Positions 62,735 through 64,000 of a DNA stretch of 64,000 nt are shown here, in pieces. The position numbers and the translations under genes are program-made. Each line of letters opens with the position of its first letter. Positions within the stretch are counted from its first letter, which is position 1. This stretch comes from Callorhinchus milii (lineage: Eukaryota): NCBI RefSeq assembly GCF_018977255.1, contig NW_024704742.1:4714001-4778000 (forward strand), given 5' to 3'. The notes beneath the pieces are model-generated. The model was not told where the DNA came from. It searched no databases and saw only the letters and a program-made list of their open reading frames with translations.

Positions 62735-63940
62735 GCAAAGTACCTCATTGAATTCTTTGGAAGGGGTAAACAGAACGAGTAGACAAGGGTAATGCGGTAG
62801 ATGTAATATATTTAGATTTCCAAAAGGTATTTGATCAGGTACCACACAATAGATTAATGAATAAGGTCAGAGCATGTGGAGTCAGGGGAAAAATAGCAGA
62901 ATGGATAGCAAGCTGCTGCAAAACAGAGAGCACAGGTAAAGGGCGTCTACTCAGACTGGCAGGGGGTGGGCAGTGGTGTTCCACAAGGATCGGTATTGAG
63001 ACCCCTGTTGTTCACAATATACATTATCGATTTGGATTCGAGAATCAGCAGAACAATTTCAAAATTTGTGGATGACACCAAATTGGGGGGAATGGTTAAT
63101 ACAGAGGAGGACTGCAACACATTGCAGCAAGACATGAATACACTTGCTGAAAGGGCATTTAAACGGAAAATACATTTCAATGTAGAAAAGTGTGAGGTGG
63201 TACATTTTGGTAGAAGGAATAAGGAAGTCACATGCATCCTGGAAAATAAAAACCTAAATGTGGTAGAGGAGTAAAAAGGACCTAGGGGTACACAAACACA
63301 ATTCAGTAAAAGTAGCAACGCAGGTTAATAAGGCGATAGAAAAGCAAACCAGGCATTGGGGTTCATTTCTAGAGGGATAGAAATGAAAAGCAGGGAAGTT
63401 ATGGTAAACTTATATAGAAGCTTGGTTAGACCATACTTAGAATATGTGTGGTCTAACCAAGGTTCTATGGAAGTTTAGTGCAAAGGGTGCAAAGGAGATT
63501 CAGAAGGATGATCCCAGAACTGAGAGGTTATACCTATCAGGAAAGGGTAAACACGCTTGGACTCTTTTCTCTTGAAAAGAGGAGGGTAAGGGGTGACCTG
63601 ATAGAGGTCTTTAACATGATGAAAGGTTTTTGATAGGGTAGACATAGGGAAGATGTTTCCACTTGTGGGGGAGACCAAATAGAGAAGTTAGAAGAAATTT
63701 CTTCACACAGAGAGTAGTGGGAATGTGAAAACTGCTACCACAGGGAGTTGTTGAGGCAAATAGCGCAGATGTATTTAAGGAGAACGAGATAGGTACATGA
63801 GGGAGAAAGAAATAGAAGGTTATGCTGATGATCTTAGTTGAGGAAGGACAGGAGGAGGCTCATGTGGAGCATAAACACCGGCATAGACCAGTTGGGCCAA
63901 ATGGCCTGTTTCTGTGCTGTATATTCTAATGTATTCTAGT
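62735..63940 (+). mobile_element. 5'-truncated CR1 LINE (RT with stops and frameshifts)
   Basis: VDVIYLDFQK; ORF 62966-63274 SGVPQGSVLRPLLF..KFVDDTKLGG..FNVEKCEVVHFG; CR1 3' tail. Confidence 0.93.
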
Positions 63941-64000
63941 GTAAAGTGTTCTGGTAAGGCTGTACTTGGATTCCTGCATATAGTTCTGGTTACTGTGACA

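Overview
Repeat-rich vertebrate genomic DNA. The repeat landscape (Deu-domain SINEs with L2-type tails, CR1, L2, Penelope) suggests a cartilaginous fish, possibly a holocephalan; this is inference. Two spliced genes, largely invisible in the ORF track, lie tail-to-tail. (1) Plus strand: the last five coding exons of the RING-H2 E3 ligase RNF38 (12271-22540) and a ~5.3-kb 3' UTR ending at AATAAA 27787-27792. (2) Minus strand: a complete four-exon CXC chemokine gene (ATG 42634 to stop 38615, 91 aa). It is CXCL8/IL-8-like but has IMR instead of ELR, a C/EBP-kB-TATA promoter and an AU-rich 3' UTR. Also present: a 933-bp solo LTR with TG...CA ends, 8-bp inverted termini and a 4-bp TSD; a decayed DIRS-like element; an LF-SINE-like copy; a Penelope 3' end with a hammerhead-ribozyme motif; several palindromic/MITE-like elements; and a possible chemokine relic. 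Most ORFs in the supplied track are TE fragments or chance ORFs. Exon coordinates were read base by base; repeat boundaries are approximate; family comparisons are from recalled consensus sequences, not database searches.
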